Assembly (NCBI GenBank): GCA_963721685.1
Contig: CAVRJJ010000001.1
Coordinates: forward strand, 303,950-367,949
Origin: an uncultured bacterium
Lineage (GTDB): Bacteria; Patescibacteriota; Saccharimonadia; UBA4664; SCTI01
Length of the DNA stretch: 64,000 nt
Reading direction: 5' to 3'
Shown here: positions 50,040 to 61,080 of the stretch, piece after piece
Layout: each line of letters begins with the position of its first letter
How positions within the stretch are numbered: position 1 is the stretch's first letter
The notes under the pieces: generated by a model
Database searches by the model: none
What the model was told of the DNA's origin: nothing
Seen by the model: the letters and a program-made list of their open reading frames with translations, nothing else
Translations under genes and position numbers: made by a program

Positions 50040-50513
50040 TTATTCGATATGAGAGATTTTGAAGACCATTTCCCCGGAAGGGACTGTGAGCATAATTTCC
50101 TCGCCCTTGCTTTTGCCCATGAGAGCTTGGCCGATGGGCGACTCATTGGATATTTTACCTTCGGTAGGATTTGCTTCAGTTGAACCCACAATGGTATAAA
50201 CCTGTTTACCGTTTTCAATTTCAAGATGGACGGTAGATCCGATGCTGACTTGAGACTTCTTCTTGGGAGCTTCAATAATCACGACGTTTCGCAGGATGTG
50301 TTCTAGCTCGGAGATACGGCCTTCAATAAAAGATTGGTGGTCTTTGGCGGCATCCCATGAGGCGTTTTCGCTGAGGTCGCCAAATTCTTTAGCTTCTTTC
50401 AGCTCTTGAGCTACCTTTAAGCGTTGGTTTTTTACAAGATCCTCCAGCTCGGCCTTAAGCTTTTCCGAGCCTTCTTTGGTAAGATAAAAATCTTTTTTTG
50501 CGGTCGCATCCAT
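50040..50513 (-). CDS. greA: Transcription elongation factor GreA
   Basis: GDLSENA, IVGSTEA, ISNESPIG.AL. Confidence 0.96.
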   Translation of the reverse strand: MDATAKKDFYLTKEGSEKLKAELEDLVKNQRLKVAQELKEAKEFGDLSENASWDAAKDHQSFIEGRISELEHILRNVVIIEAPKKKSQVSIGSTVHLEIENGKQVYTIVGSTEANPTEGKISNESPIGQALMGKSKGEEIMLTVPSGEMVFKISHIE

Positions 50514-50550
50514 TGCAAACCATCCTTTCGCTTCCCACCGCAGCGGGCTG

Positions 50551-50579
50551 AAAAAAATGCTCGAGCTATCAACCCGAGT
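50551..50579 (-). terminator. Intrinsic terminator inside greA leader
   Basis: CUCGGGUU/AGCUCGAG stem + U7, downstream of TTGACC-17-CACAAT. Confidence 0.6.
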
Positions 50580-50708
50580 CAGCTAAATCTTAGTTTGTTC
50601 GGTAATGAGTTAATAGTAAGTTATGTTTATAGCACGAATCCCATTGTGCACCCGGCGTATACGACGGTCAAGAGTTATTATTGTTAATGCATTTTAACAT
50701 CTACAACG

Positions 50709-52744
50709 CTACTTTACGCAGCCGCCAGGACGGCTGAAACACCACTGCAGTGTTTCGCGGACAGCCGGCGCGGCATATTGGGCGCCTTCGCCAGAATTCT
50801 GGATTAGAACTACCATTTCAATTTGAGGATCATCGTAGGGCGCAAAAGCCGTAAACCACGCGTGTGGCTTACGTTTTCCGTTGGGATCGGTTTCAGCCGT
50901 GCCGGTTTTTGCGGCCACCGCCACTGGCACCGATTCTTCAATTTTGCAGCACGCGGTACCGTAAGGCCGGTTCACCACCTCGCGCATAGCCCGTTTAACA
51001 AGGTTTAAATGGCTGGCCTCAATAAAGTTCTCATCCTGAATTTTTACTTGTGCCGAGCGGGTAACCACACCATTATCGCCAGTCAATTCCTTAAAGAAAT
51101 GCGGCTCGATGACTTTTCCCCCGTTCGCGATCGCGGCCTCAGCAACCGCCATTTGCAGTGGTGAGGCCAGCAAGTCGCCTTGCCCAATCGAAATATTATA
51201 GGTATCACCCACGGTCCAAGGTTCGCCGCTGAACTTTTGTTTCCACTCGGGCGTAGGAATCCGTCCGGCGGTCTTTTCCGGAAGGTCAATGGCGGGCAGC
51301 TTGCCTAAGGCCAAATTTATTGTAGTAGGTGGTTAGCTTGGAGACACCGAGACCGGCAATATTCCCATAACCGCCGCCGACCGTGTAAAAGAAGACATCC
51401 GAACTGACAGCGATGGCTTTTGATAAGTTTACCGCGCCATGCCCGCCCGGATCATACGAACGGTAGGTATATTTAATGGACGGGTCATACTTATTGGTTA
51501 TAACAATTGAACCAGTATCGTTAACGGTGGTATTGGGGCTAATTGCCCGCTCCTGAAGCGCCGCCGAACCAATCAGCGGTTTAATAATCGATCCAACGGG
51601 ATATGCTCCGGCAATGGCTTTGTTGAAAAGTGGTTGCGCGGCATTCTTCACTAGCTTTTGGTAATCTTCCTGCCCAATACCCCGCGCGAACAGGTTGTTA
51701 TCGTACCCCGGCAGGTTAACCACCGCCAATACTTCGCCGTTTTTTGGGTTAAGGGCAACTCCTGAAGCCTGGGACGCGCCGCTGGCCTGCATTTGGGCCT
51801 TAATGGCATCGGTAAGCTTATGCTGCAGCTCCATATCAATAGTTAAGGTTAAATTAGCCCCGGCTTTGGCCGGGCGTGAAGCCAGCAGCTTTATAGGCCG
51901 ACCAGCGGCATCAACTTCGGTCTGTTCAATCCCATTCTGGCCTTTTAGCAAATGCTCATACTGCTTCTCGATCCCCAGTTTTCCAATAAAATCGGTGGAC
52001 TTATAGTTAGGGTCGGCATCAAGGTCAGCCTGGCTCACCCGGCCGGTGTAACCCAGTATGGCCGAAAGCGTATCGTCGTTATACTGGCGGATTGGGTTGG
52101 TATCCAAGCTAAATCCCGGGAGCGAACCTGAGGCCTGGTCAAAGGCTAGCCATCGGTCCCGTTCAACATTACTTGCCACTAGACGCGCCTGAGGGTTCCG
52201 TAAGCAAGCAGCCAGTGCAACTTCAGGCTTTTTACGGCCGGCTATTTCGGCCGCTTGGCACTCTCCTTCTGCCTTAGCCGCTACGTCAGACGCGGGAACC
52301 CCCAGAAAGCCCTCCTACCGTGCTATAGAGCCGCTGCCGGGCCGCAGAATCGGTTTGGGGCAGTAGACTTGGTGTAACGGTAATGTCCACACTGGCTAAG
52401 TTTTCCGCCAAGACTGCTTTGTTACGGTCATAGATTATACCGCGCGGGGCCCGGGTGACCTTTTCGCGCAAGCGGTTGCCGTCCGCCAATCCCAAATTGC
52501 GCTGGCCTTGAACCAGCTGAAGGTGCGCGAGTTGGGCAATCAGAATTAAGGCCCCCAACACAACCAGCACAGCTACTATTACTAGCGGGCGCTTGCTCGT
52601 GGGGGTTTCAATTACACCGGCCGCGGCATCGGCCGGCAATATCGCGTCCGCCCACTGCTCGTGGCCCCCTTGGTCGCGTTTGATAGTAACCCGATCCTTT
52701 TGGGGATGTGCCTCGCCGCCATACCCAAACAACGATTTGCTCAC
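50709..52744 (-). CDS. mrdA: Penicillin-binding protein 2 (split in three ORFs by frameshifts)
   Basis: APRGIIYDRN; G..GIEKQYE, YPVGSIIK, SSD; AKTGTAE; follows mreBCD. Confidence 0.9.
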
Positions 52745-53244
52745 CGCAGCTCTTCCCGTGCTAGTTTCTGAAGAAGCGGATGCTTGGACTGAATAAGCAA
52801 GCGTAGCCCGTAAACGGCTATAGTCATTACAGAGGTCATGAGGACGTTTACACCTGCACGTTCGGCAATCACCCGGGATACACCGGTTTTGAGCGTTGCC
52901 ACCACCGCCGCATCATACAAAAGGGTAGCAAGTGCTACCAGCGCGAGAGCTGAAATGAATGAGTCGGCCTGCAAGCCTAGCTGCCGCCCGGCAATAATAG
53001 CTAATGAAACAACCACAAAAAAAGCTATCCGCAAGCCAAAATCGCTGCCGCTTGCCATATCAAGAAGGAGCCCGCCGCCAATCGCAGCCGCCAAACTGGA
53101 GGTCGCGGTTCCCCACAAGCTAATCAGAACCACCACTATCACCATGAGGCTAGGCATAACTCCGAAAGGCCGCATCGACCCAAACAGCGATACTTGCAGT
53201 CCAGCGGTGATAATAATAAGCAAAGCCCCCCCCAGGAATTTCAT
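52741..53244 (-). CDS. mreD: Rod shape protein MreD
   Basis: Multi-TM, GLLLD...FG; operon position. Confidence 0.8.
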   Translation of the reverse strand: MKFLGGALLIIITAGLQVSLFGSMRPFGVMPSLMVIVVVLISLWGTATSSLAAAIGGGLLLDMASGSDFGLRIAFFVVVSLAIIAGRQLGLQADSFISALALVALATLLYDAAVVATLKTGVSRVIAERAGVNVLMTSVMTIAVYGLRLLIQSKHPLLQKLAREELR

Positions 53245-54047
53245 TCTTGCCTCGCTATGACATATATCACTTCCAGGCGGTTAAACTGTATGTCGGTGGT
53301 AACCTGCGCACTTTGGAAAACACCGTTTGCCTGCTTATCAACGGCTTGGACCCGCCCAACAATTAACCCTTTTTCAATCCCGCCCCCAAGTCCGCTGGTA
53401 ACAATTGTATCTCCGGGCGTAATTGTTTCAGTTTGGGCAATTTTATCCATTATAAGTCCGTTGCCAATTTGGCCGCGAATGGTACCGGTGGGACGGGAGG
53501 AAACATTTTGGTCGAGCGCCGCGACCCGAAAGTTAGGATCAATAATAAGGAATACCTTAGCGGTGCTCGGCCCCACATCTTGCAACCGCCCAATTAATGA
53601 GCCTTGCTGGATGACCGTCATGCCATTTTTTAACCCGTCGCGGCTGCCGCGGCCAATCGTCAAGAACTGGCGGAAGTTGTCCGGCTGGTAGCCAATAACC
53701 TCGGCGGCAATCAGCCGGTCGGGACGGATACTGCCCACCCCAAGCTGCTGCCGCAACTGGTCGTTTTGGGCCTTAATTTCGGTATCCCGGCTAATTTGGC
53801 CGTGCAGGGTTGCGACTTCCGCCCGCAGGCGCTGGTTTTCGTTGCCAAGCTCACGCGCTGAACCAATCACCTGAAGCCACCCTCCAATGTGAGTTCCAGC
53901 CCCGGCTAAACTTCCCTGCAGCGGCTTGAGCGCAGCCCCGGCAATCGAGGTGAGGGGCGATAACAGGCCAATCGCGTTGGCTATCACCAGCACCACCCCT
54001 GCCAGCATCAACCCTAATAACCGTCGGTTAACACTCCGGGTCCGCAT
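53241..54047 (-). CDS. mreC: Rod shape protein MreC
   Basis: TM, coiled coil, G..DG..GM.V, GDTIVTSGLGG. Confidence 0.92.
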   Translation of the reverse strand: MRTRSVNRRLLGLMLAGVVLVIANAIGLLSPLTSIAGAALKPLQGSLAGAGTHIGGWLQVIGSARELGNENQRLRAEVATLHGQISRDTEIKAQNDQLRQQLGVGSIRPDRLIAAEVIGYQPDNFRQFLTIGRGSRDGLKNGMTVIQQGSLIGRLQDVGPSTAKVFLIIDPNFRVAALDQNVSSRPTGTIRGQIGNGLIMDKIAQTETITPGDTIVTSGLGGGIEKGLIVGRVQAVDKQANGVFQSAQVTTDIQFNRLEVIYVIARQE

Positions 54048-55114
54048 TAATACCTCCGGGCGTTGGACTTAGTCTGGTTAGGCAGGAGAATTTCTTTAAG
54101 CGAATCCAAGTCTTCTAAAACCAGCCCTGTCCCTCTGGCCACCGCGGTAAGAGGGTCGGCAGCCACGTGAACCGGCATCCGGCATTCGCGCTGGATGAGG
54201 GTGTCCAAACCTTTAAGCAGCGCTCCTCCTCCGGCTAAGACCATTCCCCGATGCATAATATCGGCTACTAACTCCGGCGGTGTCTCTTCAATCGTTACCT
54301 TGATAGCATCAATAATTTCACGTACGCTCCGGCTCAACGCTTCACGAATCTGGTCAGATGTAACATTAATTTGCTTTGGCAGGCCGGTAACCATGTCGCG
54401 TCCCCGCATTAGCACATTCCGGGGCTGGTCGGTTTGGGCGGTTGGAAACGCCGAGCCAACCGCGATTTTAATCTGCTCCGCGGTACGTTCGCCAATGCTT
54501 AGGCTGAACTCGTCGCGGGCATACTTTACAATATCCTCGCTCAGTTCATCGCCGGCTACCCGGATACTGCGGGCAGCCACAATCCCTCCGAGCGAGATCA
54601 CCGCGACTTCACTGGTTCCGCCGCCAATATCGATTATCATTGAGCCGGCCGCGTCCTGCACCGGCAGGCGTGACCCAATCGCGGCCGCCATCGGTTCTTC
54701 AATTAAAAAGGTTTGGCGGGCGCCCGAGTTACTGGCAGCATCCTCCACGGCCCGGCGTTCTACCTCTGTCACACCAGAAGGGATGCCAATAACTACCCGA
54801 GGCCGCGCCAATAACTTAAAACGCTGCTTGTGTACCTTATTAATGAAATAGCGCAGCATTTGTTCGGTAACTTCGAAGTCACTCACCACCCCATCAACTA
54901 ACGGCCGGGTGGCAACAATGCTAGCTGGGGTTTTACCAACCATGCGTTTGGCCTCTTCGCCAATCGCTAAAATTTGGTTGGTTTTGGTGTTAATCGCCAC
55001 CACGCTGGGCTCATTTATAACAATTCCCTGGCCGCGCACGTACACCAAGGTATTGGCGGTACCTAGATCGATACCGATATCGTGGGAAAACTGTCCCAGC
55101 AACTGATCAAACAC
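54047..55114 (-). CDS. mreB: Rod shape protein MreB
   Basis: IDLGTANT, EPSVVA, EEPMAAAIG, DIGGGT, AGGGALL. Confidence 0.97.
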   Translation of the reverse strand: MFDQLLGQFSHDIGIDLGTANTLVYVRGQGIVINEPSVVAINTKTNQILAIGEEAKRMVGKTPASIVATRPLVDGVVSDFEVTEQMLRYFINKVHKQRFKLLARPRVVIGIPSGVTEVERRAVEDAASNSGARQTFLIEEPMAAAIGSRLPVQDAAGSMIIDIGGGTSEVAVISLGGIVAARSIRVAGDELSEDIVKYARDEFSLSIGERTAEQIKIAVGSAFPTAQTDQPRNVLMRGRDMVTGLPKQINVTSDQIREALSRSVREIIDAIKVTIEETPPELVADIMHRGMVLAGGGALLKGLDTLIQRECRMPVHVAADPLTAVARGTGLVLEDLDSLKEILLPNQTKSNARRY

Positions 55115-55425
55115 CTATAACCCTGAGCATTACCATCTTGATCTAGTTTACAGGAGTAGCTGTCCTCCGCCAAGGCCACAATATGTGTTCAGTGCCGCTG
55201 ACGATGGTTATGCCAGATGAGCTGAATAAAGCTTGTGTTCAAAATAATCGCAACGTGGACTGGGCGACTGGAAATTATTGCGGTCGACTCCCGGGCTGAC
55301 TTTAATTTGGAAAAGACGTACAAAATTTACCATAACAAGCCCAAAAAAGATGGTAACTTTTGTACGCAAATCAATATCTATGAGAGTGTACGGAAAATAA
55401 GGGTGGGGTGGCCAGCCCCGGCGCT

Positions 55426-55899
55426 TTAGCGCCGGAGCCAACCGCGGACAGCCTGAACGACAGGGATGATCAACAGCGGCCGCTTCGGAGGCAACAACCA
55501 CAGTTGCCGCTTGAAGTGGCTGGTTGCCGCCCGCTTGTCGCGCCGGATCACGTTGGCCTCCCTCCAAAGGAGGGCAAGGACGGAGAGCGCCCCCAGGTAG
55601 GCCGATAGGAAGTGAGCGAACCGAATACGCCTGCGAAAATGCAGGATGACGCACGCCAGGACGCCAAAGAGTGCTGAGGCAGCAACCTCCCACCACTCAC
55701 CGATCATCTCGATAAGCATGGTCATCAACCCGAACACCGCCCCGAGAAAAAGAGCGACGGCCCTGGAGGGACTCTTGACCAGAGCCAATCCGATCATCGC
55801 CAAGAGCGTCAGAGGGGGCAAGCTGGTCCAGTAGCTCCAACGCCAGTTGATCTGCTCTGGCGTTACCTGACAGCGGACCGAAGGTGACAAAGTAGCCAT
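55426..55899 (-). CDS. GC-rich hypothetical membrane protein (about 4 TM)
   Basis: Hydrophobic segments, GC3 bias, AAGGA before ATG. Confidence 0.6.
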   Translation of the reverse strand: MATLSPSVRCQVTPEQINWRWSYWTSLPPLTLLAMIGLALVKSPSRAVALFLGAVFGLMTMLIEMIGEWWEVAASALFGVLACVILHFRRRIRFAHFLSAYLGALSVLALLWREANVIRRDKRAATSHFKRQLWLLPPKRPLLIIPVVQAVRGWLRR

Positions 55900-55971
55900 G
55901 ACTTGTCCTTCATGTCGAAGTGTTCCCCGGATTAGGGGCTATTCGGTTATATCATAATTGCTTTGTGGCCG

Positions 55972-57210
55972 CTACAGCTGGAGGTTATCGAGCGGCATGA
56001 AGCTGGAATCGGCTTCAGTGCGCTTTTTGAACTCGACCGAGCCTTTTTCAAGTGTTTTGGGGCTAAGCGTTAACCGTATGGGACAACCCATCAGGTCGGC
56101 GTCGGCAAATTTAGCACCGGCCGATTCATCGCGATCATCATAGAGGACTTCGATACCCCGCTTCTGGAGATCGGCATACAGCTTATTGGCGGCAGCCACA
56201 ACCTTTTCGTCAGTACCAATTTGAACTAAGTAAACTTTAGCGGGGGCGATGGCTTCCGGCCACACCATACCCTTTTCGTCAGCATAGCGCTCAACCACCA
56301 CGCCCATCACCCTGGCCGGGCCAATGCCGTAGCTGCCCATCACCACCGGCTTTTGTTTGCCATCCTCATCCTGAAACACCAATCCAAGCGGCTGGCTTTT
56401 GCTGGTCCCCAGGTTGAAAATATTGCCTACCTCGGCGGCTTTGGTTTTTTCCAGTTTTTCTTTATCTAAACCTAAATCAGCAATCAACTTATCACTATAG
56501 ACTTCTTCGTTAATTGCGATTCGCTTATCATGGTCAATATAAACAATATCCTCCCCGGCATCGGTAACGGTTTGAAACTCATGACTGAATTCGGCAAACG
56601 CCCCGCCGGAGGCATAAGTGAGATAGGTCCACTCCCCTAGCCCTAGCCGGTCAAAAATCCTGGTATAGGCCGCCTTGGCCTTTTCATAAAATTCAGCGTG
56701 CTCTTCATCTGACCGGCTAAACGAGTATAGATCCTTCATGATAAATTCCCGAGTGCGCATAATCCCCGATTTTGCCCTGGTTTCATTGCGCAGTTTGGTT
56801 TGGAACTGATAAGCGTAGGCGGGTAAATCACGGTAGCTGGAAATATGCTCGCGCATCAGTTCAGTTAGCGGTTCTTCATGGCTCCAGGCCAGGCCCACAT
56901 CAGTGCCGTTCTTTAATTGGGACTTAAACCACACGTCAACTTGTGCGTCATCCCACCGGTTGGTGCGCTCCCACAGTTCTTTGCGCTGCAAGCTGCTCAT
57001 CGTTAGTTCTTGTCCGCCCAGCGCATTAATCTCTTCACGGATAATACCAATAATTTTATTCAGTACCCGCAATCCCAGCGGCAGAAAAACATACACTCCG
57101 GCTGAATCTTTATGGATAAATCCGGCGCGGATCAGCAGCTGCGCGTTGGTGGCAGCTTCGTCCTTAGGGGCATCGCGGCGGGTTTTTGTGAAAAGTTTTG
57201 ATAGTCGCAT
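55972..57210 (-). CDS. proS: Proline-tRNA ligase (no editing domain)
   Basis: MRLSKLF, LLIRAGFI, R.E.R..GIMRTREF.MKD.YSF, MGSYGIG, KFADADL.G.P. Confidence 0.95.
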   Translation of the reverse strand: MRLSKLFTKTRRDAPKDEAATNAQLLIRAGFIHKDSAGVYVFLPLGLRVLNKIIGIIREEINALGGQELTMSSLQRKELWERTNRWDDAQVDVWFKSQLKNGTDVGLAWSHEEPLTELMREHISSYRDLPAYAYQFQTKLRNETRAKSGIMRTREFIMKDLYSFSRSDEEHAEFYEKAKAAYTRIFDRLGLGEWTYLTYASGGAFAEFSHEFQTVTDAGEDIVYIDHDKRIAINEEVYSDKLIADLGLDKEKLEKTKAAEVGNIFNLGTSKSQPLGLVFQDEDGKQKPVVMGSYGIGPARVMGVVVERYADEKGMVWPEAIAPAKVYLVQIGTDEKVVAAANKLYADLQKRGIEVLYDDRDESAGAKFADADLMGCPIRLTLSPKTLEKGSVEFKKRTEADSSFMPLDNLQL

Positions 57211-57211
57211 G

Positions 57212-57932
57212 TTACTTTTGGTTAAGTGCCATGTAGGCAAGATAGTTATTAAGCATATGAATGCCGATGCCAGGGATGGTTGAACCCAACCGGACATACA
57301 AAAAACATAATAGCAGCCCAAGGATGAAGGTGTACACGCTTACATTTAATTGCAGGTGCGCCACCGCGAACAATAAACTTGAAACGACGGCGCCGAGCAC
57401 CACCCCAAAGCGCTTGGCAAAAGCCGGAAACATAAAGCCGCGAAAGACAATCTCTTCGATAATAGGAGGAATAATGACCAGCGCCCACAAGCTAAGCAGG
57501 GAAGGGACTTTTTGTAAACTCATTGGTTTGGGGTTCTGCCGGATCAAATGCCGGATAGATCAGTTTTACCAGTATATCGGCGGCGAAAACCAACAATCCA
57601 AAACTTATAAATAGTAAAAACACATATAAAAGCGCCTTTGCAATTGAAAATGACTTAAGCCCCAGCGCCGAGACGCCCACCTTATATTTGCGCATAAAAT
57701 AGCCAATGATCACCAGCGAACCTACCACATCTACCACCACAAGCGCAAAGGCGGCGAAAGGGCTACCAGCATCAAGCGCATTCAGGAACGTGTTAAGACC
57801 AGGGAAATAGATTGAGGCCGCTCCTATGCCAACCAGCAACAGGACGGGCAACAGCACCCAGGGCACAATAAAGAGGAGCAGCGCCTGGCCCAACGTCCAT
57901 GGAGCTGATCGTATCGCGGCCGAATACGACAC
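57212..57932 (-). CDS. CPBP/Abi (CAAX-type) intramembrane protease (frameshift near 57500)
   Basis: EEIVFRG, FAVAH, HMLNN. Confidence 0.85.
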
Positions 57933-57933
57933 G

Positions 57934-59013
57934 CTAGCCTAGCCGCCGGATATCGAAAAAGGTAATAACTACCATTAAAAGGATAAGCGCGGCAAAACCG
58001 GCCGCGTGGACCATATTTTCTGTCCTTTGATTAAGTGATTTTCCCGTAAGGCGCTGCACTGCCACCATCGCAAACCGCCCGCCATCCAGCGCTGGCAACG
58101 GAAGAACATTAATGACCGCCAATGAAATTGAGATTGATGCCACGAACAGCAAAACATACGGCACCCCAAGATCGACAATATTTGATAGCAACGCCACAAT
58201 CCCAACCGGACCGGCAACATTGTCGCTTACCTGTCCGCTGGTAAACAGCCCCGCGATCAATCCGGTAAACGCCAGGAATGTAGCGGCGATCAGCTGGAGT
58301 GTTATGCCGCCCGCGGTTATCACGGCGTTAAGGGGGTCATATCGCAATTTATAGGTTTGAAACGGTGTCACTCCCAAAAACCCACTCTTAACGCTGGGCG
58401 GGCGCAGCGTCGGTGCAATCACCTTTGTGGCACCATCATGTGAAATTTTAAGCTCTACGGTCTTTCCGGCGTTTGCCTTGGTAAAACGTTGCAGCTCAAC
58501 TTCGCTCGCGAGCGCTTTCCCGTTGCCGCTTAGAATAAAGTCGCCGCGTTCAAGTCCAGCTTTAGCGGCCGGCGATGCAGGATCAACGGAAACCGCCATT
58601 AATTGTTTGGGTTGAGCATAGGTAGGGTTTCCAGCGCTAAACTGGCCTTTAATAACGGGTGGGAGGCCGGTTAAACAAAGCCACACCATGACCACAAATG
58701 CCAATAAGGCATTCATGGTTACACCCGCTAGCAATATTTTAGTCTTAGCCAGAAAGCTGGCGGCGGCAAAACTTCCCGGCTTATCGCCCTGGACGGATTC
58801 ATCCTTCATTTTAACAAAGCCGCCCAACGGAATCAGGTTAATGGAATATAGTGTTGGGCCGCGCTTTACTCCAAATAGCCGCGGCGGAAAACCAAAACCA
58901 AACTCTTCAACGTCCACTTTATTCCGCCGAGCCATTATAAAGTGGCCAAGCTCGTGCACAAACACCAAAATACCAAAGATTAAAACAACAAGGAGGATAA
59001 TGCCTATGGTCAT
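57934..59013 (-). CDS. rseP: M50 site-2 protease with PDZ
   Basis: HELGH, GFGFPP, GPVGI, NVLPLPALDGG. Confidence 0.92.
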   Translation of the reverse strand: MTIGIILLVVLIFGILVFVHELGHFIMARRNKVDVEEFGFGFPPRLFGVKRGPTLYSINLIPLGGFVKMKDESVQGDKPGSFAAASFLAKTKILLAGVTMNALLAFVVMVWLCLTGLPPVIKGQFSAGNPTYAQPKQLMAVSVDPASPAAKAGLERGDFILSGNGKALASEVELQRFTKANAGKTVELKISHDGATKVIAPTLRPPSVKSGFLGVTPFQTYKLRYDPLNAVITAGGITLQLIAATFLAFTGLIAGLFTSGQVSDNVAGPVGIVALLSNIVDLGVPYVLLFVASISISLAVINVLPLPALDGGRFAMVAVQRLTGKSLNQRTENMVHAAGFAALILLMVVITFFDIRRLG

Positions 59014-59038
59014 AGGATTATTGTACTATACCGGATGG

Positions 59039-59599
59039 TCATACCTGCATAATTTCGGCTTCTTTGGCCTTGGCTAACTCATCAACCTTTTTCTTATAGT
59101 GGTCAATCTTTTTAGTTAGCTCTTGTTCGGCAAAGCGCATATCATCCTGGGTGGCATCCCCGGCTTTTTCCATCCGCTTCACTTCCCCTAAAACATCATG
59201 ACGGACTTGGCGCAGCGATATATGGCAATTTTCAACCTTCACCCCGAGCTCTTTGACTATTTCCCGCCGGCGCTCTTCGGTCATGGCGGGAACATTTAAG
59301 CGCACGACATTTCCGTCGCTGGAAGGGTTAAGCCCTAGTGCCTGGTTTTCCCGAAGCGCTTTTTCAATCACCGCCACCATCGACTTATCCCATGGACTAA
59401 TGGTAATAGTGTGGGCATCAGGGGTACTAATGGTAGCAACGGCTTTTAGGAGCATAGACTGGCCGTACTGCTCAACGGTTAAATTCTCGACCAATGCCGT
59501 TTGCGCCCGGCCAACCCGCAAGCTACGCAATTCATCTTCTAGGTGTTGGGCCGCTTTTTCCATCCGCGGGTCGGCGGTTTTAACAACCTTCGGCACCAT
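59039..59599 (-). CDS. frr: Ribosome recycling factor
   Basis: LRVGRA, PWDK, NP..DG, P.MTEERR, KEAEIM. Confidence 0.95.
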   Translation of the reverse strand: MVPKVVKTADPRMEKAAQHLEDELRSLRVGRAQTALVENLTVEQYGQSMLLKAVATISTPDAHTITISPWDKSMVAVIEKALRENQALGLNPSSDGNVVRLNVPAMTEERRREIVKELGVKVENCHISLRQVRHDVLGEVKRMEKAGDATQDDMRFAEQELTKKIDHYKKKVDELAKAKEAEIMQV

Positions 59600-60192
59600 T
59601 ACAAAGCTTCTCCCAGGGCGATGCGGCTGAAACGACGAATCGCCACTTTTTCCCCGACTTTGGCGGCCACCTCGATCGCGTAGTCCTCAATTGATTTATC
59701 AGGATCTTTCACGAAAGGCTGCTTGGTTAAACAAATTGCCTCATAATACTTAGCAAGTTTACCTTCCACGATTTGGTCAGCGATATTTGTGGGTTTACCT
59801 TCAACTTGGGCAGCAAAAACGTCTTTTTCCTTCTGGATTGCTTCCTCGGGAACTTCTTCCGGGTTCAAGTACTCCGGCGCGCTAGCCGCAATATGCATAG
59901 CTACATCGCGGGCAAATGTCTTGAAGTCATCGGTACGGGCCACAAAGTCGGTTTCACAGTTAACCTCTACTAAAACGCCAATTTTATCACCATGTACATA
60001 GCTGATCACCAGACCGGCGCTAGCATCCCGGTCGGCCCGTTTAGCGGCTTTTGCCATGCCTTTTTTACGCAAGGCCTGCATAGCGGCTTCCATGTCGCCA
60101 TTGGCCTCCACTAAAGCCTTCTTGGCGTCCATCATGCCGGCACCGGTAGTCTCACGCAAATTTTTAATTGCTTCAATGCTTACTTCGGCCAT
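59599..60192 (-). CDS. tsf: Elongation factor Ts (short form)
   Basis: LRETTGAGMMDAKKAL, EVNCETDFVA. Confidence 0.96.
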   Translation of the reverse strand: MAEVSIEAIKNLRETTGAGMMDAKKALVEANGDMEAAMQALRKKGMAKAAKRADRDASAGLVISYVHGDKIGVLVEVNCETDFVARTDDFKTFARDVAMHIAASAPEYLNPEEVPEEAIQKEKDVFAAQVEGKPTNIADQIVEGKLAKYYEAICLTKQPFVKDPDKSIEDYAIEVAAKVGEKVAIRRFSRIALGEAL

Positions 60193-60930
60193 TTAGTCTT
60201 CCTCCTTCTCGAGCGGCTCCGCTGGAGCTTCAGCGGCCTTGCGGACAAACGTCGCGGTACCGTTTGAAGCTGCTTCGCCAATAGCATGACTAATAACCCG
60301 GATGGACTTAATGGCGTCATCATTTGCTGGAATCGGATATGTGGCAACATCGGGGTCGGCGTTGGTGTCAACAATCGCGATAATCGGGATGTTCAAGTTA
60401 CGGGCCTCGGCAATAGCAATGGAGTCACGCACAGCGTCTACCACAAAAACCGCCTTTGGCAGTTCAGACATATCCTTAATTCCTCCAAAAATGCGTTCAA
60501 GCGCGTCTTTTTCGTTAGTAAGGTCAAGAACTTCCTTTTTATTATACTTTCCGGCGAAATCGCCGTTTTCCAGACCCTCTTCCAACTGTTTTAAACGTTT
60601 GATACGCGCTTGAATAGTACGGAAATTGGTAAGCATGCCGCCCAGCCAGCGTTCCACCACGTAGGGCTGGTTGGCCGTTTTGGCCTCATCGCGCACAATG
60701 GCGATGGCTTGACGTTTGGTACCGACAAATAAAACTTTACCGCCGCCTTCGGTAACCCCTTCAACAAACGCGGCCGCGTCGTTGAGATAGTTTACCGTTT
60801 TGGTTAGGTCAATAATATGCACACCGCCCCGAACACCAAAAATGAATTTGCCCATTTTCGGGTTCCAACGCCGGGTTTGATGGCCGAAATGAGAACCGGC
60901 CTCTAAGAGCTCCTTTACGGGAGTTGCCAT
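60193..60930 (-). CDS. rpsB: 30S ribosomal protein S2
   Basis: LLEAGSHFGH..RWNPKM, RWLGGMLTN, DTNADP, PANDD. Confidence 0.97.
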   Translation of the reverse strand: MATPVKELLEAGSHFGHQTRRWNPKMGKFIFGVRGGVHIIDLTKTVNYLNDAAAFVEGVTEGGGKVLFVGTKRQAIAIVRDEAKTANQPYVVERWLGGMLTNFRTIQARIKRLKQLEEGLENGDFAGKYNKKEVLDLTNEKDALERIFGGIKDMSELPKAVFVVDAVRDSIAIAEARNLNIPIIAIVDTNADPDVATYPIPANDDAIKSIRVISHAIGEAASNGTATFVRKAAEAPAEPLEKEED

Positions 60931-61063
60931 ATAGTCTTTATCCTTCCACGTTGTCTGCTTGGGCCGCTTACCCGTTAGGGAAGCGGAGGATTTTAATGGG
61001 CAGACTGTGTCATTAATTAGTTCTAACGGGAGTAATAGTAGCAGAAATAAGAACGCGGGGCAA
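60931..61063 (-). promoter_or_regulatory. rpsB promoter and structured leader (S2 autoregulatory element candidate)
   Basis: TTGCCC-17-TACTAT; stems GUCUGC/GCAGAC, CCGCUU/AAGCGG; CCCGUUAG complementary to loop CUAACGGG. Confidence 0.6.
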
Positions 61064-61080
61064 CTGGTATGATGAAGGTA

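Noticed and set aside
27565-57932. pyrG, S41 peptidase, murL, mrdA and CPBP protease as pseudogenes
   Set aside because: Scattered single-base indels in otherwise intact, partly essential genes point to long-read assembly errors rather than decay or recoding.
60931-61080. 6S RNA upstream of the 5-FTHF cyclo-ligase (ssrS-ygfA synteny)
   Set aside because: The space is short and is explained by the divergent rpsB promoter and leader.
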